Shown piece after piece: positions 1 to 7,311 of a stretch of DNA of 23,099 nucleotides. Under the pieces are notes generated by a model. The model searched no databases. It worked only from the letters and a program-made list of their open reading frames with translations, and was not told where the DNA came from. The stretch lies in the IMG/VR virus record IMGVR_UViG_3300037467_000752; one strand, given 5' to 3'. The DNA comes from a virus. Taxonomy: Duplodnaviria > Heunggongvirae > Uroviricota > Caudoviricetes. Position numbers and translations under genes: made by a program. The first letter of the stretch is position 1. Every line of letters starts with the position of its first letter.

Positions 1-2
1 CT

Positions 3-458
3 AAGGCTACGGTGCTGGTGGCGAAGCTTGACCGGCTGAGCCGCGATGTTGCGTTTATCAGCGGGCTCATGGCACAGGGCGTTAGGTTCGTGGTCGCGGA
101 GTTAGGGGATGATGTTGACCCCTTCGTGCTTCACCTGTATGCAGCCCTAGCGGAGAAGGAAAGGCGTCTGATAGGTGAGCGTACCAAAGCGGGGCTTGCG
201 GCCCTTAAGGCTCGCGGTGTGAAGCTTGGCAATCCGAAGAATCTAGCCTATGCGGGCTCCAGCGGGCGCGACGTACAGCGTAGGCAGGCTGATGATTTCG
301 CGGCCCGTATGCGGCCCACCATCGAGCGTATGAGGGCTGCAGGGATGACTATCGCACAGGTGGCTAACGAGCTTAACGCTACGGGTGTACCGACAGCTAG
401 GGGCGGGGCATGGGGAGCTACTACAGTAGCTAACATGCTTTCGCGCTGGAGGCAATAA
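3..458 (+). CDS. Serine recombinase (resolvase/invertase family), 5'-truncated by window edge
   Basis: The frame is open from base 3. It has the resolvase motifs VAKLDRLSR and [30 protein letters not shown], plus a C-terminal HTH-like region (IAQVANELN...W...TV..ML). The catalytic Ser region lies outside the window. Confidence 0.92.
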   Translation, partial: KATVLVAKLDRLSRDVAFISGLMAQGVRFVVAELGDDVDPFVLHLYAALAEKERRLIGERTKAGLAALKARGVKLGNPKNLAYAGSSGRDVQRRQADDFAARMRPTIERMRAAGMTIAQVANELNATGVPTARGGAWGATTVANMLSRWRQ

Positions 459-791
459 GATCGTTTGCTGCTTTCGTTCGTTGTTGTTTTCTTACCACGG
501 TTTGTAAGAATGTTGCGCTAGGGGGTGCTTTGACGCAAGATTCTTTCATTTCTACTGCGTTAATAGCAAGCACGCGCTGTGAATGGAACCAATCAAGCTT
601 TTTACTGTCCCATTGGTCAGTAACAGCCCTAGCCCATGTCCAAAGAGTCAAGCTTATGTCTGTTTTTCAGACACTCCAGCCAACCCAGCCTGCTACTGTA
701 CGCCTTAACAGTGTACGTCCATACAGTATGCCTCTTCCCTGTATGTTTATACAGCTATTTCCTAGCCCCTTTTCTAGCAAATGTCGCCAGC

Positions 792-823
792 CAATGCCCC
801 AGCATTGCCCCAGCATTGCCCCA
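792..823. repeat. Tandem 11-bp unit GCATTGCCCCA; 23-bp direct repeat with 15923-15945
   Basis: CAATGCCCCAGCATTGCCCCAGC (792-814) vs CAATGTCCCAGCATTGCCCCAGC (15923-15945), 1 mismatch. Confidence 0.85.
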
Positions 824-1012
824 TTCGGCGGCGCGTTTACGATATACGGCCACGGCGTTTTCATAATTCATGGATGCTGAAAATTGCCTAAAGGCTGACA
901 ACATCCTGACGGCTAGTAAGCTACCTAAGTCACTACGTAGTTTTCTGTTTTAGCCTTGCGAATCAATGCCTTAGCTCGTTTCAGCCTACCTGCATACGTA
1001 GTTTTACGTATC

Positions 1013-1041
1013 TTGACAAGGTGTTGTATTATTGGTACAAT
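1013..1041 (+). promoter_or_regulatory. Strong sigma70 promoter
   Basis: TTGACA-17 bp-TACAAT with TG extension. An ATACGTA-GTTT-TACGTAT inverted repeat lies just upstream (994-1011). Confidence 0.85.
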
Positions 1042-1047
1042 TCAGCC

Positions 1048-1360
1048 ATTGAGGGGGGTCAGGGGGTGTAAGAGATGTAGAGGTAGAGGCAGAGGCTAAG
1101 GCAAGGCTTAAACATATGCTTAAGCATATAAGATGAGGCATAATCCCCCTGATACTGCATAAGAGAGTACATAAGGGGAGAGGATGAGACATCAGGCTAA
1201 AGCGTATAGCTTCAGCATCTTCCAATGGTGTTTGAATCCATCGTTAGATGGATGAGTCTAGGGAAACAATCCTTCTAAGAATCCTAGAAGAAAAGAGAAT
1301 CTGAGCTTCCCTACGTGGGATGCTAGTAAAAGGGCCATACCGTAAGGGTATGGTCCTTTT
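1048..1360 (+). ncRNA. Candidate ~310-nt non-coding transcript (or tiny ORF 1184-1255)
   Basis: Lies between a consensus promoter and a strong terminator. The sequence is purine-rich and has no ORF longer than 23 aa. Confidence 0.4.
1328..1360. terminator. Bidirectional intrinsic terminator
   Basis: AAAAGGGCCATACC-GTAAG-GGTATGGTCCTTTT, at the 3' end of the minus-strand gene block. Confidence 0.9.
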
Positions 1361-1371
1361 GTCGTTTCTGC

Positions 1372-1650
1372 TCAGGGCTTTTGCCTAGCTTTCCTACGGG
1401 CTTCCCTGTCGGCCTTTTCCTCTTTGGCGTATTCCTTGAGAAACCATTCATTGAAATCGCGCAGTTGCTGAAAGGCTGTAGCGTAAGCCCGGCTTGCCTC
1501 TTGCCACTCTGGGGAGGCTTTCACGTTGTCAGGTGTCAGCCCCATAGGGCCTTTGGGAAACCCATTCGCTAGAATGGCCCCTGCGGCCTGCGTATCGGCC
1601 TCTAGGGCCTCTTTTCGGGCTTTGGCTATGGGGTAGGGTATCTTTGCCAT
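1372..1650 (-). CDS. Phage hypothetical protein (FPKGPMGLTPD motif)
   Basis: 92 aa, GGAGG RBS, ends at the terminator. Confidence 0.85.
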   Translation of the reverse strand: MAKIPYPIAKARKEALEADTQAAGAILANGFPKGPMGLTPDNVKASPEWQEASRAYATAFQQLRDFNEWFLKEYAKEEKADREARRKARQKP

Positions 1651-1682
1651 GAAAAAGCCTCCTAGGGCGTTTAAAAGGGCCG

Positions 1683-1949
1683 TCAGCCCTTGCGCATACG
1701 TCTACGGCTTGCCTGCCCCACGTGGTAAGCATAGCCTTTAGGGGGTCCGGGCAGTTGAGGGGCTGCTTTGTACCGTGCAAGGGATTCAGCATCCAGCCGG
1801 GCAGATTCTGAAGATTCTGCAGATTCCCTAGCATCAATGGCTTCCCAGCGGGCGATGGCGCGGGCTTGAGACTCCGGGGAGCGGGTCAGGAATTCCGCGA
1901 GGTCTTCACGGGCTTCAATCATGGTGATTTGAGCGGGAGTGAGTTGCAT
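1683..1949 (-). CDS. Hypothetical protein
   Basis: 88 aa, CCGGAG RBS, promoter upstream. Confidence 0.8.
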   Translation of the reverse strand: MQLTPAQITMIEAREDLAEFLTRSPESQARAIARWEAIDARESAESSESARLDAESLARYKAAPQLPGPPKGYAYHVGQASRRRMRKG

Positions 1950-1994
1950 GTCTATCTCCGGGTTTGCCTTGCGGCGTTGTTTGGCGATGGCTCT

Positions 1995-2039
1995 ATTCTA
2001 ACGGGCCAAAGTCGCATTATCGGACTAGGACAAACCCTA
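1995..2039 (-). promoter_or_regulatory. Promoter with upstream box
   Basis: -10 TAGAAT, poor -35 (CCGATA). Box TAGGGTTTGTCCTA sits 2 bp upstream of the -35. Confidence 0.7.
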
Positions 2040-2059
2040 GTAGAGAAAAGACTTACAGG

Positions 2060-2347
2060 CTATTTCCTGCCCCACGGTACATTCCCCCACATCCAGCCCG
2101 GCTGTTCCCAATAGGGGCGCGGCTGTATCTCAGGGGCTCTAGTGCGTTCCCGGCAATCGGCTGAGGGGCTAGGACGGCTGGAGATTCTTTCCTCTGTCAC
2201 TCTATCCCCATGCAGGCAGATTTCCTGCCGCTGTTGATTGGTCAGCCGGGTAAATGCGTCCTGACTGTGCAAGCCATAGCCTACGATGCGCCAGCTACGG
2301 CTCCGGTCGGACAGGTGCCAAGTTACGCGGACAGTTTCGTTCATCAT
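2060..2347 (-). CDS. Hypothetical protein
   Basis: Start moved to the ATG at 2347, behind GGAG; 95 aa. Confidence 0.7.
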   Translation of the reverse strand: MMNETVRVTWHLSDRSRSWRIVGYGLHSQDAFTRLTNQQRQEICLHGDRVTEERISSRPSPSADCRERTRAPEIQPRPYWEQPGWMWGNVPWGRK

Positions 2348-2371
2348 GCGAGCCACTCCACTAAGTCAGGG

Positions 2372-2449
2372 TTAGACGCCTAAGCGTTTGGCGATGTTAT
2401 GGCCTAGCATGAGCCCGGCCAGCGTGCAGAGTGCGAGGATGGTAATCAT
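2372..2449 (-). CDS. Small hydrophobic peptide (MITILALCTLAGLMLGHNIAKRLGV)
   Basis: 25 aa, one TM-like stretch, fills an operon gap. Confidence 0.5.
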   Translation of the reverse strand: MITILALCTLAGLMLGHNIAKRLGV

Positions 2450-2465
2450 GTTCGGGTTCCGGGGA

Positions 2466-2723
2466 TTACTCGGATTCGCGGGAAGTGAAGGCGGGCACGG
2501 GGTTGCCATAGCCATTGTTAATCGTCGCACCCGTGGGCATACGCTCGGGGGCATCCATCGAATAAGCGGAGTCCTGCCAAGCTTGTCCGATGTCTTCTGC
2601 ATAGTTGCTGATATGAAACAGGCTAGCCGCTTGCGTCATGAAGCGCGGGCAGTTGGCAAGGGCCATATTTGCCATGTCCTTCAGGTCAGACAGGTAAGCG
2701 TTGTGCGCGTGATTCGTTTGCAT
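2466..2723 (-). CDS. Hypothetical protein
   Basis: Start MQTNHAH after a TAAGGAG RBS; 85 aa. Confidence 0.75.
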   Translation of the reverse strand: MQTNHAHNAYLSDLKDMANMALANCPRFMTQAASLFHISNYAEDIGQAWQDSAYSMDAPERMPTGATINNGYGNPVPAFTSRESE

Positions 2724-2749
2724 GAGGAAACTCCTTAGTAGGTGCCTGT

Positions 2750-2792
2750 ATTGTGCAGCCCGTAGCATTACCGTACATTAGGACAAACCCTA
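2750..2792 (-). promoter_or_regulatory. Promoter with box and 17-bp operator
   Basis: -10 CACAAT, poor -35, abutting box TAGGGTTTGTCCTA, operator TGTACGGTAATGCTACG (2777-2761). Confidence 0.7.
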
Positions 2793-2829
2793 ACAAGCAT
2801 AGCGCAGTGGGGCGGAAACCCTAATACCC

Positions 2830-3051
2830 TCATTCTCTGCCTTTCCTCCACTCGGCCATGTGATACCTGTGGCTCTCCACTCGTGCCGGGTGTGGGCTCT
2901 TGCGGATTTTGCCCGTCAAAAGGCTCAGACAAGGGTTTCCGGGCATAGCGCCACAATCAGGGCATGAGGCATCGCCCGGCCCGTCTAGGGGCTCACGCTC
3001 GCGTTTTTGCCGTGGTCCAGCCATGGGGCTAAAAGGGCTTTGGTGCATCAT
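2830..3051 (-). CDS. Small zinc-finger protein (CPxCxAxxGxPC...HxAR)
   Basis: CPDCGAMPGNPCLS...HPAR; ATGA overlap with the upstream stop. Confidence 0.75.
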   Translation of the reverse strand: MMHQSPFSPMAGPRQKREREPLDGPGDASCPDCGAMPGNPCLSLLTGKIRKSPHPARVESHRYHMAEWRKGRE

Positions 3052-3203
3052 TTCCACAGCCCCCTGCTAGTTCCCCGTTGAATGATGTATTCCCCGTAAT
3101 GCGGGGCCAGAGGGTCACAGGTGCGAAGCCTCAATCCTGCGGCCACTTCACGCCACAGGGCCATGATAGGCCCGAGTCCGGGCAGGTGTACGGTAACCTT
3201 CAC
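3048..3203 (-). CDS. Hypothetical protein
   Basis: GTG start with GTGA overlap and GGGAG RBS; 51 aa. Confidence 0.6.
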   Translation of the reverse strand: MKVTVHLPGLGPIMALWREVAAGLRLRTCDPLAPHYGEYIIQRGTSRGLWK

Positions 3204-3547
3204 TTTTTGCTCCCGTTGCGTCTCGCCTTTTGTGCTGCCAGCTTTTCCCGCTCGCGTTGACGCCATTGGTAATTGACGGCTGGTTTGCCAGCCACGTCAG
3301 GAAAGCCTAATTCCCCGGCTGTAGTTCGTGTCAGCGCCAGCGCGAGCAGTCCCGTAGTCGTGTCTACAATTTCAACGCGGCGGTAGCGCATGTCCGCGAA
3401 GACTTGCGTAGCTGCGGCTCTCTTGGCATTGCGTAGGTCATTGCCTTTGATGTCGGCAGCTTTACAGGCTCCCTGCGCTATGGGAAGGCCCCCGCGTGCG
3501 TCGGAGTAGTAAAGCGTTGCATAGGGGCGTTTAGGGGGCTTTGGCAT
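3200..3547 (-). CDS. Hypothetical protein
   Basis: 115 aa, AAAGGA RBS. Confidence 0.8.
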   Translation of the reverse strand: MPKPPKRPYATLYYSDARGGLPIAQGACKAADIKGNDLRNAKRAAATQVFADMRYRRVEIVDTTTGLLALALTRTTAGELGFPDVAGKPAVNYQWRQREREKLAAQKARRNGSKK

Positions 3548-3556
3548 GGTGTCCTT

Positions 3557-3718
3557 TCATTTGCTGAATTTGTGCATCATTTTTCTAGCTTCGTGCGGGT
3601 CGCGTTTTTCTCCGCTAGGGCGTTGGCACGGGTAGCCCATTGGTGCTCTGCATACTGGGCAGGGGATGTCTAGAGGGCTAGGAGGGGCGGGCGGATAGGA
3701 GTGTCCGGTTTTCGTCAT
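3557..3718 (-). CDS. Small zinc-finger protein (second CPxCxAxxGxPC...HxAR copy)
   Basis: Hand-translated, 53 aa: MTKTGHSYPPAPPSPLDIPCPVCRAPMGYPCQRPSGEKRDPHEARKMMHKFSK. Absent from the ORF track. Confidence 0.75.
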   Translation of the reverse strand: MTKTGHSYPPAPPSPLDIPCPVCRAPMGYPCQRPSGEKRDPHEARKMMHKFSK

Positions 3719-3741
3719 TCCAGCATTTTACTCGACTGAGG

Positions 3742-4032
3742 TTACAAGTGCGTATCCAAGCCAGTCATGGCGGTAAACGTGCGCTGGAGGTCGTCCACGT
3801 AAACGCCTTCCCGCTTGTCCACAGTGCGCGAGTCAAACCCGCGAACCTTGAAAGCTTCCACGGTGTAGAGGTCATCCGGGGTAAGCGTGATTTTCACGTG
3901 CGTAACGCCTTTGGCATTGCGGCCCACTTTGAAAGACAGTTCACGATGTCCGCCGACAAAGTTTTTAGCCCCGGTCATAACCGCAAAGCGGTTTCCTCCG
4001 AGTTGCTGAAGGATGGTCTTTGCAATTTCCAT
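3742..4032 (-). CDS. Conserved phage protein of unknown function (TILQQLGGNRF...DLY...TGL)
   Basis: 96 aa, CGGAG RBS. It resembles a widespread phage family from memory. Confidence 0.88.
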   Translation of the reverse strand: MEIAKTILQQLGGNRFAVMTGAKNFVGGHRELSFKVGRNAKGVTHVKITLTPDDLYTVEAFKVRGFDSRTVDKREGVYVDDLQRTFTAMTGLDTHL

Positions 4033-4056
4033 TTGTCTAGCTCCGTGGTGAATGCA

Positions 4057-4102
4057 TGTACTGTAACCGTACCACATGGATCAGAAATAGGGATAAACCC
4101 TA
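4057..4102 (-). promoter_or_regulatory. Promoter with box and operator
   Basis: -10 TACAGT (4065-4060), poor -35, box TAGGGTTTATCCCT, operator TGTACTGTAACCGTACC (4057-4073). Confidence 0.75.
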
Positions 4103-4106
4103 CGCT

Positions 4107-5378
4107 TTAGATCGAAGCCCCACGAGTGATTACCGTTTGCTTCCGGCCTTTGAAATCATCATGAGCCTTAACCGTAGCCTTCAGGTTGAGCGTTGCTCCC
4201 ACATCTCCCACAGCCTTTGACGCGAACCAGACAACGCTATTCCCGTCTTTGTCTTCCATGGTCGTAATGTAGGTTGTCCCGTAGGCGCTTTCCTTCAGAT
4301 AAACGCGGGTGATGGTGAGCCCATGGAATTCCATGCGCTGGCCCACGGTCCCAATCCAGTTATTAGCCTTCGGGGCTTGCGTCGGCTCGGGCGTAGCAAT
4401 CGGCGCAGTAGTGACAATCCACATATTCACGGCTGCGGCGATGTAGCCGAACATCGTGTATTTGATTGCGGATTGTTGGCAGGCGAGAGCCACGTTATAG
4501 AGGAAATCATTGCCTGCGGTGTTAAGCGTGGAAACGTAGGCTTTGAAAGCTTCAACGTCCGGGGCTGCGGCTTCAATTTCGGCTTCCGTATAGTAATCGT
4601 TCCGATCAATGATTTTCTGTCCACGGCTGTATTGCGTTTGCACTGCCATGTTGGCGGTAGTGGGGCTAATCGTCTTGTCGTGAAACTCTTTGCCTTCGTA
4701 CTCTGCCTGATTGGCTGCGGCCTCCACCTTTTCGTTATAGGCGTTAGCTGCCTTTTTGCTCGTATAGCCGCGCTTGCGGATGACAATGATTGCTTCAGCA
4801 ATTGCGAGGTCGAGCGGATAGCGCAGGGCTTCGCGCGGGGCGTTGCGCATGGCTTCCTCTTCATCTTCGCCAGAGGTAGACAGGGCCTGCAGGCTGCCGA
4901 GGTAGGACAGGAGGGCTTCGGCATCGGCTTGGATGAAGTCAGTAACGCAGGTGCGACCGACAAGCCTCTGTTCTCCGGTTTCCTGATTCTGCAGGAGATA
5001 AACCAGCTTGCGGCCCCTGTCCATGTTGCAATGCTCGCACGCCATAGACGTATAGCGCAGGCGTTCTACCGGGGCAAACTGCGGCGCAGTGAAGACAAAG
5101 TTTTGCCCGGCCACGTCAGAGGGCTCCACGCGGGAATGCACGGCCCAGCCGTTGAGCTTCGGCACTTCGCCTGTGAATTCCACTTCGGCCCATTCGAGAT
5201 ACGCGACTATCTCGCGCGGGGTAGACAGAATTCCGTCCGCGTCGCGCTTGTAAACCGGATCAGCCCATTCCTTCGTGATGGTGTAGCCCATTTCAGGAAG
5301 GCCCCACTTGACAGCCTTGCGGTTGAAAGAATCAACGCGCTTTTGCAGTTCGGGAAGGCGGTAAGCTGCGACTTTCAT
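4107..5378 (-). CDS. Conserved phage protein with Cys/Zn module and C-terminal OB-fold-like domain
   Basis: 423 aa. Contains CEHC...TGE...VGRTC. The C-terminus (WIGTVGQR...YGTTYITTMEDKDGNSVVWFAS...KATVKAH..FKG.KQTVITR) has an OB-fold pattern. Confidence 0.9.
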   Translation of the reverse strand: MKVAAYRLPELQKRVDSFNRKAVKWGLPEMGYTITKEWADPVYKRDADGILSTPREIVAYLEWAEVEFTGEVPKLNGWAVHSRVEPSDVAGQNFVFTAPQFAPVERLRYTSMACEHCNMDRGRKLVYLLQNQETGEQRLVGRTCVTDFIQADAEALLSYLGSLQALSTSGEDEEEAMRNAPREALRYPLDLAIAEAIIVIRKRGYTSKKAANAYNEKVEAAANQAEYEGKEFHDKTISPTTANMAVQTQYSRGQKIIDRNDYYTEAEIEAAAPDVEAFKAYVSTLNTAGNDFLYNVALACQQSAIKYTMFGYIAAAVNMWIVTTAPIATPEPTQAPKANNWIGTVGQRMEFHGLTITRVYLKESAYGTTYITTMEDKDGNSVVWFASKAVGDVGATLNLKATVKAHDDFKGRKQTVITRGASI

Positions 5379-5417
5379 TTGGGTGGCTCCGTAAGGGTTG
5401 TCCGTTGCGATGGCTCC

Positions 5418-5482
5418 ATTATGTACGATAACGCTACGCTTTGCGATACGCCGTGCAAGGAATTTTCTTAGGACAAACCCTA
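5418..5482 (-). promoter_or_regulatory. Promoter with box and operator
   Basis: TCGCAA-17-CATAAT, operator TGTACGATAACGCTACG (5422-5438), box TAGGGTTTGTCCTA (5482-5469). Confidence 0.75.
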
Positions 5483-5506
5483 GTAATAAAGCCTTTAGCG
5501 ATTACC

Positions 5507-5837
5507 TCAGCCTTGCATTTTTTCCAGCAAATCCGGGTTCTCAGCCGTCCAAGTGTGGGCCTTCGTCGGGTGCGGGATATAGCGGCCCCCTGCGGCTTTG
5601 TACGCTGCACGAGTGGCCCAATTCAGACAAGTAATGTAGCTGTCGTGTTTGGCAATAGCAGCCTTGATTTCTTTTTCAAGGTTGAAGCCTTTAACGGGCT
5701 GCATAGCGCAAGCCGAAGTGTTTATGCTCGCCTGTCTCAGTGTCGAGAATCCAGACAACGCGCTTGAGATTCTTTTTGCCGCAGCACTCTCAATAGTCGC
5801 GTTCGTCGTTCACTGCGATAACTTGAAAACGTTGCAT
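5507..5837 (-). pseudogene. Disrupted Cys/Zn-module gene (premature TGA plus frameshift)
   Basis: Reads MQRFQVIAVNDERDY*ECCGKKNLKRVVWILDTETGEHKHFG, then shifts frame near 5711 to CAMQPVKGFNLEKEI...MQG*. It has its own promoter and CCGGAG RBS. Confidence 0.75.
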
Positions 5838-5863
5838 GGGGCGCGGCTCCGGGTTAATGTGGG

Positions 5864-5895
5864 TGTACTGTAACCGTAATCCCGGCAGAGTGCAA
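5864..5895 (-). promoter_or_regulatory. sigma70 promoter with operator
   Basis: TTGCAC-17-TACAGT; operator-like TGTACTGTAACCGTAAT. The -35 is flanked by a CCCGGCAG/CTGCCGGG inverted repeat. Confidence 0.8.
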
Positions 5896-5916
5896 GCCCC
5901 TGCCGGGGCTGTGGTT

Positions 5917-6234
5917 TTAGACTTTCGGCAGTGCTGCCAGCATGTCGGCGTTTTTCTGTTGCACGTGGGCGAGGGCTTCAGCCTGTGACATGACAATAGC
6001 GGGGCTGTCGTCCTTGCCTTCGATTGCGGCATTCCATTTTGCGCACTCTGCCGCCATGAATTGGCGCGTGCCGGTGTAGATCGCGGGGCCGAGAATGGCG
6101 ACCTTTTTGCCGTCCGTCTTCAGGCAGCAATCATGCCAGACGATGACATACAGGTGGGAGGGCACGGCTGCGATAGCGGCCTCAGACTTGGCGGCTGCGG
6201 TTTTGACTTCTGCGATTGCTTGGGCGATGTTCAT
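5917..6234 (-). CDS. Hypothetical protein
   Basis: 105 aa, GAAGGA RBS. Confidence 0.82.
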   Translation of the reverse strand: MNIAQAIAEVKTAAAKSEAAIAAVPSHLYVIVWHDCCLKTDGKKVAILGPAIYTGTRQFMAAECAKWNAAIEGKDDSPAIVMSQAEALAHVQQKNADMLAALPKV

Positions 6235-6268
6235 TTTGCGTTTCCTTCAGGTTGCGTGTTGCGATGGG

Positions 6269-6325
6269 TGTACTGTAATTGGACTTAGGCACTTGTGCAA
6301 GGCTTTTTTATAGGGACAAACCCTT
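6269..6325 (-). promoter_or_regulatory. Promoter with box and operator
   Basis: TTGCAC-17-TACAGT; box AAGGGTTTGTCCCT 11 bp upstream of the -35. Confidence 0.85.
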
Positions 6326-6329
6326 AGAA

Positions 6330-6375
6330 GGAAAGTGTCGCGCAGGGGTGCCGTCCATCCCCGTCGCGTTCGAAT
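6330..6375 (-). ncRNA. Repeated short element, copy 1 (sRNA or micropeptide MDGTPARHFPSKGLSL, 6358-6308)
   Basis: ATTCGAAC-GCGAC-GGGGATGGACGGC, starting 6 nt after TACAAT (6387-6382), with box TAGGGAAAGCACCT (6425-6412). Confidence 0.55.
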
Positions 6376-6409
6376 GCCCGAATTGTAGCGGGCTTTCGTT
6401 CGTTATTGC

Positions 6410-6580
6410 CTAGGTGCTTTCCCTAGCTTTGTTTGCTTTCTGCACGGCCCAGCGAATATATCCTAGCTGCCGTTCACGATTCAAAGCTTCCCATGGCGCA
6501 GGCTTGGGCCATCCCTCGGGATTCTTTGCGTGTAGCTCTCGGCCTGCAGCCTCTTGTTCGGATGTCGGCGGTGTGGTCAT
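6410..6580 (-). CDS. Hypothetical protein, 56 aa
   Basis: MTTPPTSEQEAAGRELHAKNPEGWPKPAPWEALNRERQLGYIRWAVQKANKAREST; ATGA-coupled. Confidence 0.7.
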   Translation of the reverse strand: MTTPPTSEQEAAGRELHAKNPEGWPKPAPWEALNRERQLGYIRWAVQKANKAREST

Positions 6581-6687
6581 TTACTGCCCCAGCGTTTAGC
6601 GTAGACTCTGCCCCGTTGCTCTCCATTCTGCAACGTGTAGGAGTAGGCGTAAAACTTGGCGTAGTGCCTTGCTTTGTGTTTTCTCAT
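6577..6687 (-). CDS. Small basic protein, 36 aa
   Basis: MRKHKARHYAKFYAYSYTLQNGEQRGRVYAKRWGSK; ATGA overlaps at both ends. Confidence 0.6.
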   Translation of the reverse strand: MRKHKARHYAKFYAYSYTLQNGEQRGRVYAKRWGSK

Positions 6688-6716
6688 TTGTTGCCCCTGT
6701 AGTTCGGTGGTGTCAT
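6684..6716 (-). CDS. 10-aa minigene MTPPNYRGNK
   Basis: Its start overlaps the upstream TGA and its stop overlaps the downstream ATG. Confidence 0.4.
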   Translation of the reverse strand: MTPPNYRGNK

Positions 6717-6814
6717 GCCTTGCTTGCCTTAGCTTGAGCCACTAGCGCAGCCTTCACGGCTGCAAACGCGGCAATAGCTGCACGGGTAGGAGTAGCGGGG
6801 CGGGTGATCGGCAT
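6713..6814 (-). CDS. Small Ala-rich protein, 33 aa
   Basis: TAAGGAA RBS; extended -10 TGcTACACT at 6850-6842. Confidence 0.6.
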   Translation of the reverse strand: MPITRPATPTRAAIAAFAAVKAALVAQAKASKA

Positions 6815-6854
6815 TGGTGCGTTCCTTAGTTGCTTGGCTGTAGTGTAGCAGGCT

Positions 6855-7103
6855 TTACAGAGCAGCCCAGCGCGTAGTGTTGCGGTCGTCGGAATCCAGC
6901 CCAAAGCAAACCTTCACGCGATTGCAGATGGTTTCGCTCGTGCCGTCAATCACAATCGTCCCCTTACCGATGTAGCGGCCAAACAGGGCGCGTTGATCGG
7001 CTGCGGACATTTTCCCTTCCCATGTTGCGAGAGGGCTTCCCTTGCGTTCCGTCAGGAAGAGTGCGAGGGCTGCGGCGTAGTCTGTGCGGGTGTTCGTGTT
7101 CAT
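6855..7103 (-). CDS. Hypothetical protein, probably leaderless
   Basis: MNTNTRTDYAAALALFLTERKG...; the ATG is 7 nt after the -10 and has no SD. Confidence 0.8.
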   Translation of the reverse strand: MNTNTRTDYAAALALFLTERKGSPLATWEGKMSAADQRALFGRYIGKGTIVIDGTSETICNRVKVCFGLDSDDRNTTRWAAL

Positions 7104-7107
7104 GGGG

Positions 7108-7155
7108 TGTACTGTAATGTTACGCAACGCAGGATGCAAGCTAGGACAAACCCCT
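7108..7155 (-). promoter_or_regulatory. Promoter with box and operator
   Basis: TTGCAT-17-TACAGT, box AGGGGTTTGTCCTA 2 bp upstream, operator TGTACTGTAATGTTACG. Confidence 0.85.
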
Positions 7156-7297
7156 ATCTTCTATCGGTAAGGTGGTAGGAGTAATAAACGTGCGTCCCGT
7201 TGTGATGTTGCACTTTTTGCACCCGTGGGCTAGATAGTCCGCCTAGCGTGCAAAAGTAGAGATAGGTGATTTGATTGGAAGCGGATGTAGGAAACAT
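7154..7297 (-). CDS. Small phage protein, 47 aa (MFPTSASNQITYLYFCTLGGL...)
   Basis: ACGGAG RBS before the ATG at 7297. Confidence 0.75.
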   Translation of the reverse strand: MFPTSASNQITYLYFCTLGGLSSPRVQKVQHHNGTHVYYSYHLTDRR

Positions 7298-7311
7298 GAT
7301 GTTGCTCCGTG

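Noticed and set aside
530-880. ORFs 530..880, 636..866 and 667..864
   Set aside because: No RBS, low-complexity S/P/L-rich translations and repeat content; the region looks non-coding.
2165-2180. GGGGCTAGGACGGC as a fourth copy of the three-copy element
   Set aside because: It lies antisense inside a CDS and lacks the TTCGAA motif and a promoter.
4323-5471. 382-aa plus-strand ORF and other long antisense ORFs (e.g. 3748..4110, 16923..17417, 17905..18324, 19389..19940, 21679..22230)
   Set aside because: They are shadow frames opposite well-supported genes, with no RBS or recognisable motifs.
5790-5792. Selenocysteine or readthrough at the in-frame TGA
   Set aside because: A second lesion (frameshift near 5711) is needed to restore the ORF and no SECIS-like hairpin is evident, so decay is the simpler explanation.
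6336-6375. Solitary type I-C CRISPR repeat mimic (Racr) on the plus strand
   Set aside because: Only GTCGCG and a loose 3' end resemble I-C repeats. Copies 2 and 3 lack this, and the promoter points the other way.
6330-6380. TTCGAA(T/C) in the three-copy element as a tRNA T-loop
   Set aside because: No T-stem, cloverleaf, anticodon arm or CCA end; the motif is at the 5' end of the predicted transcript.
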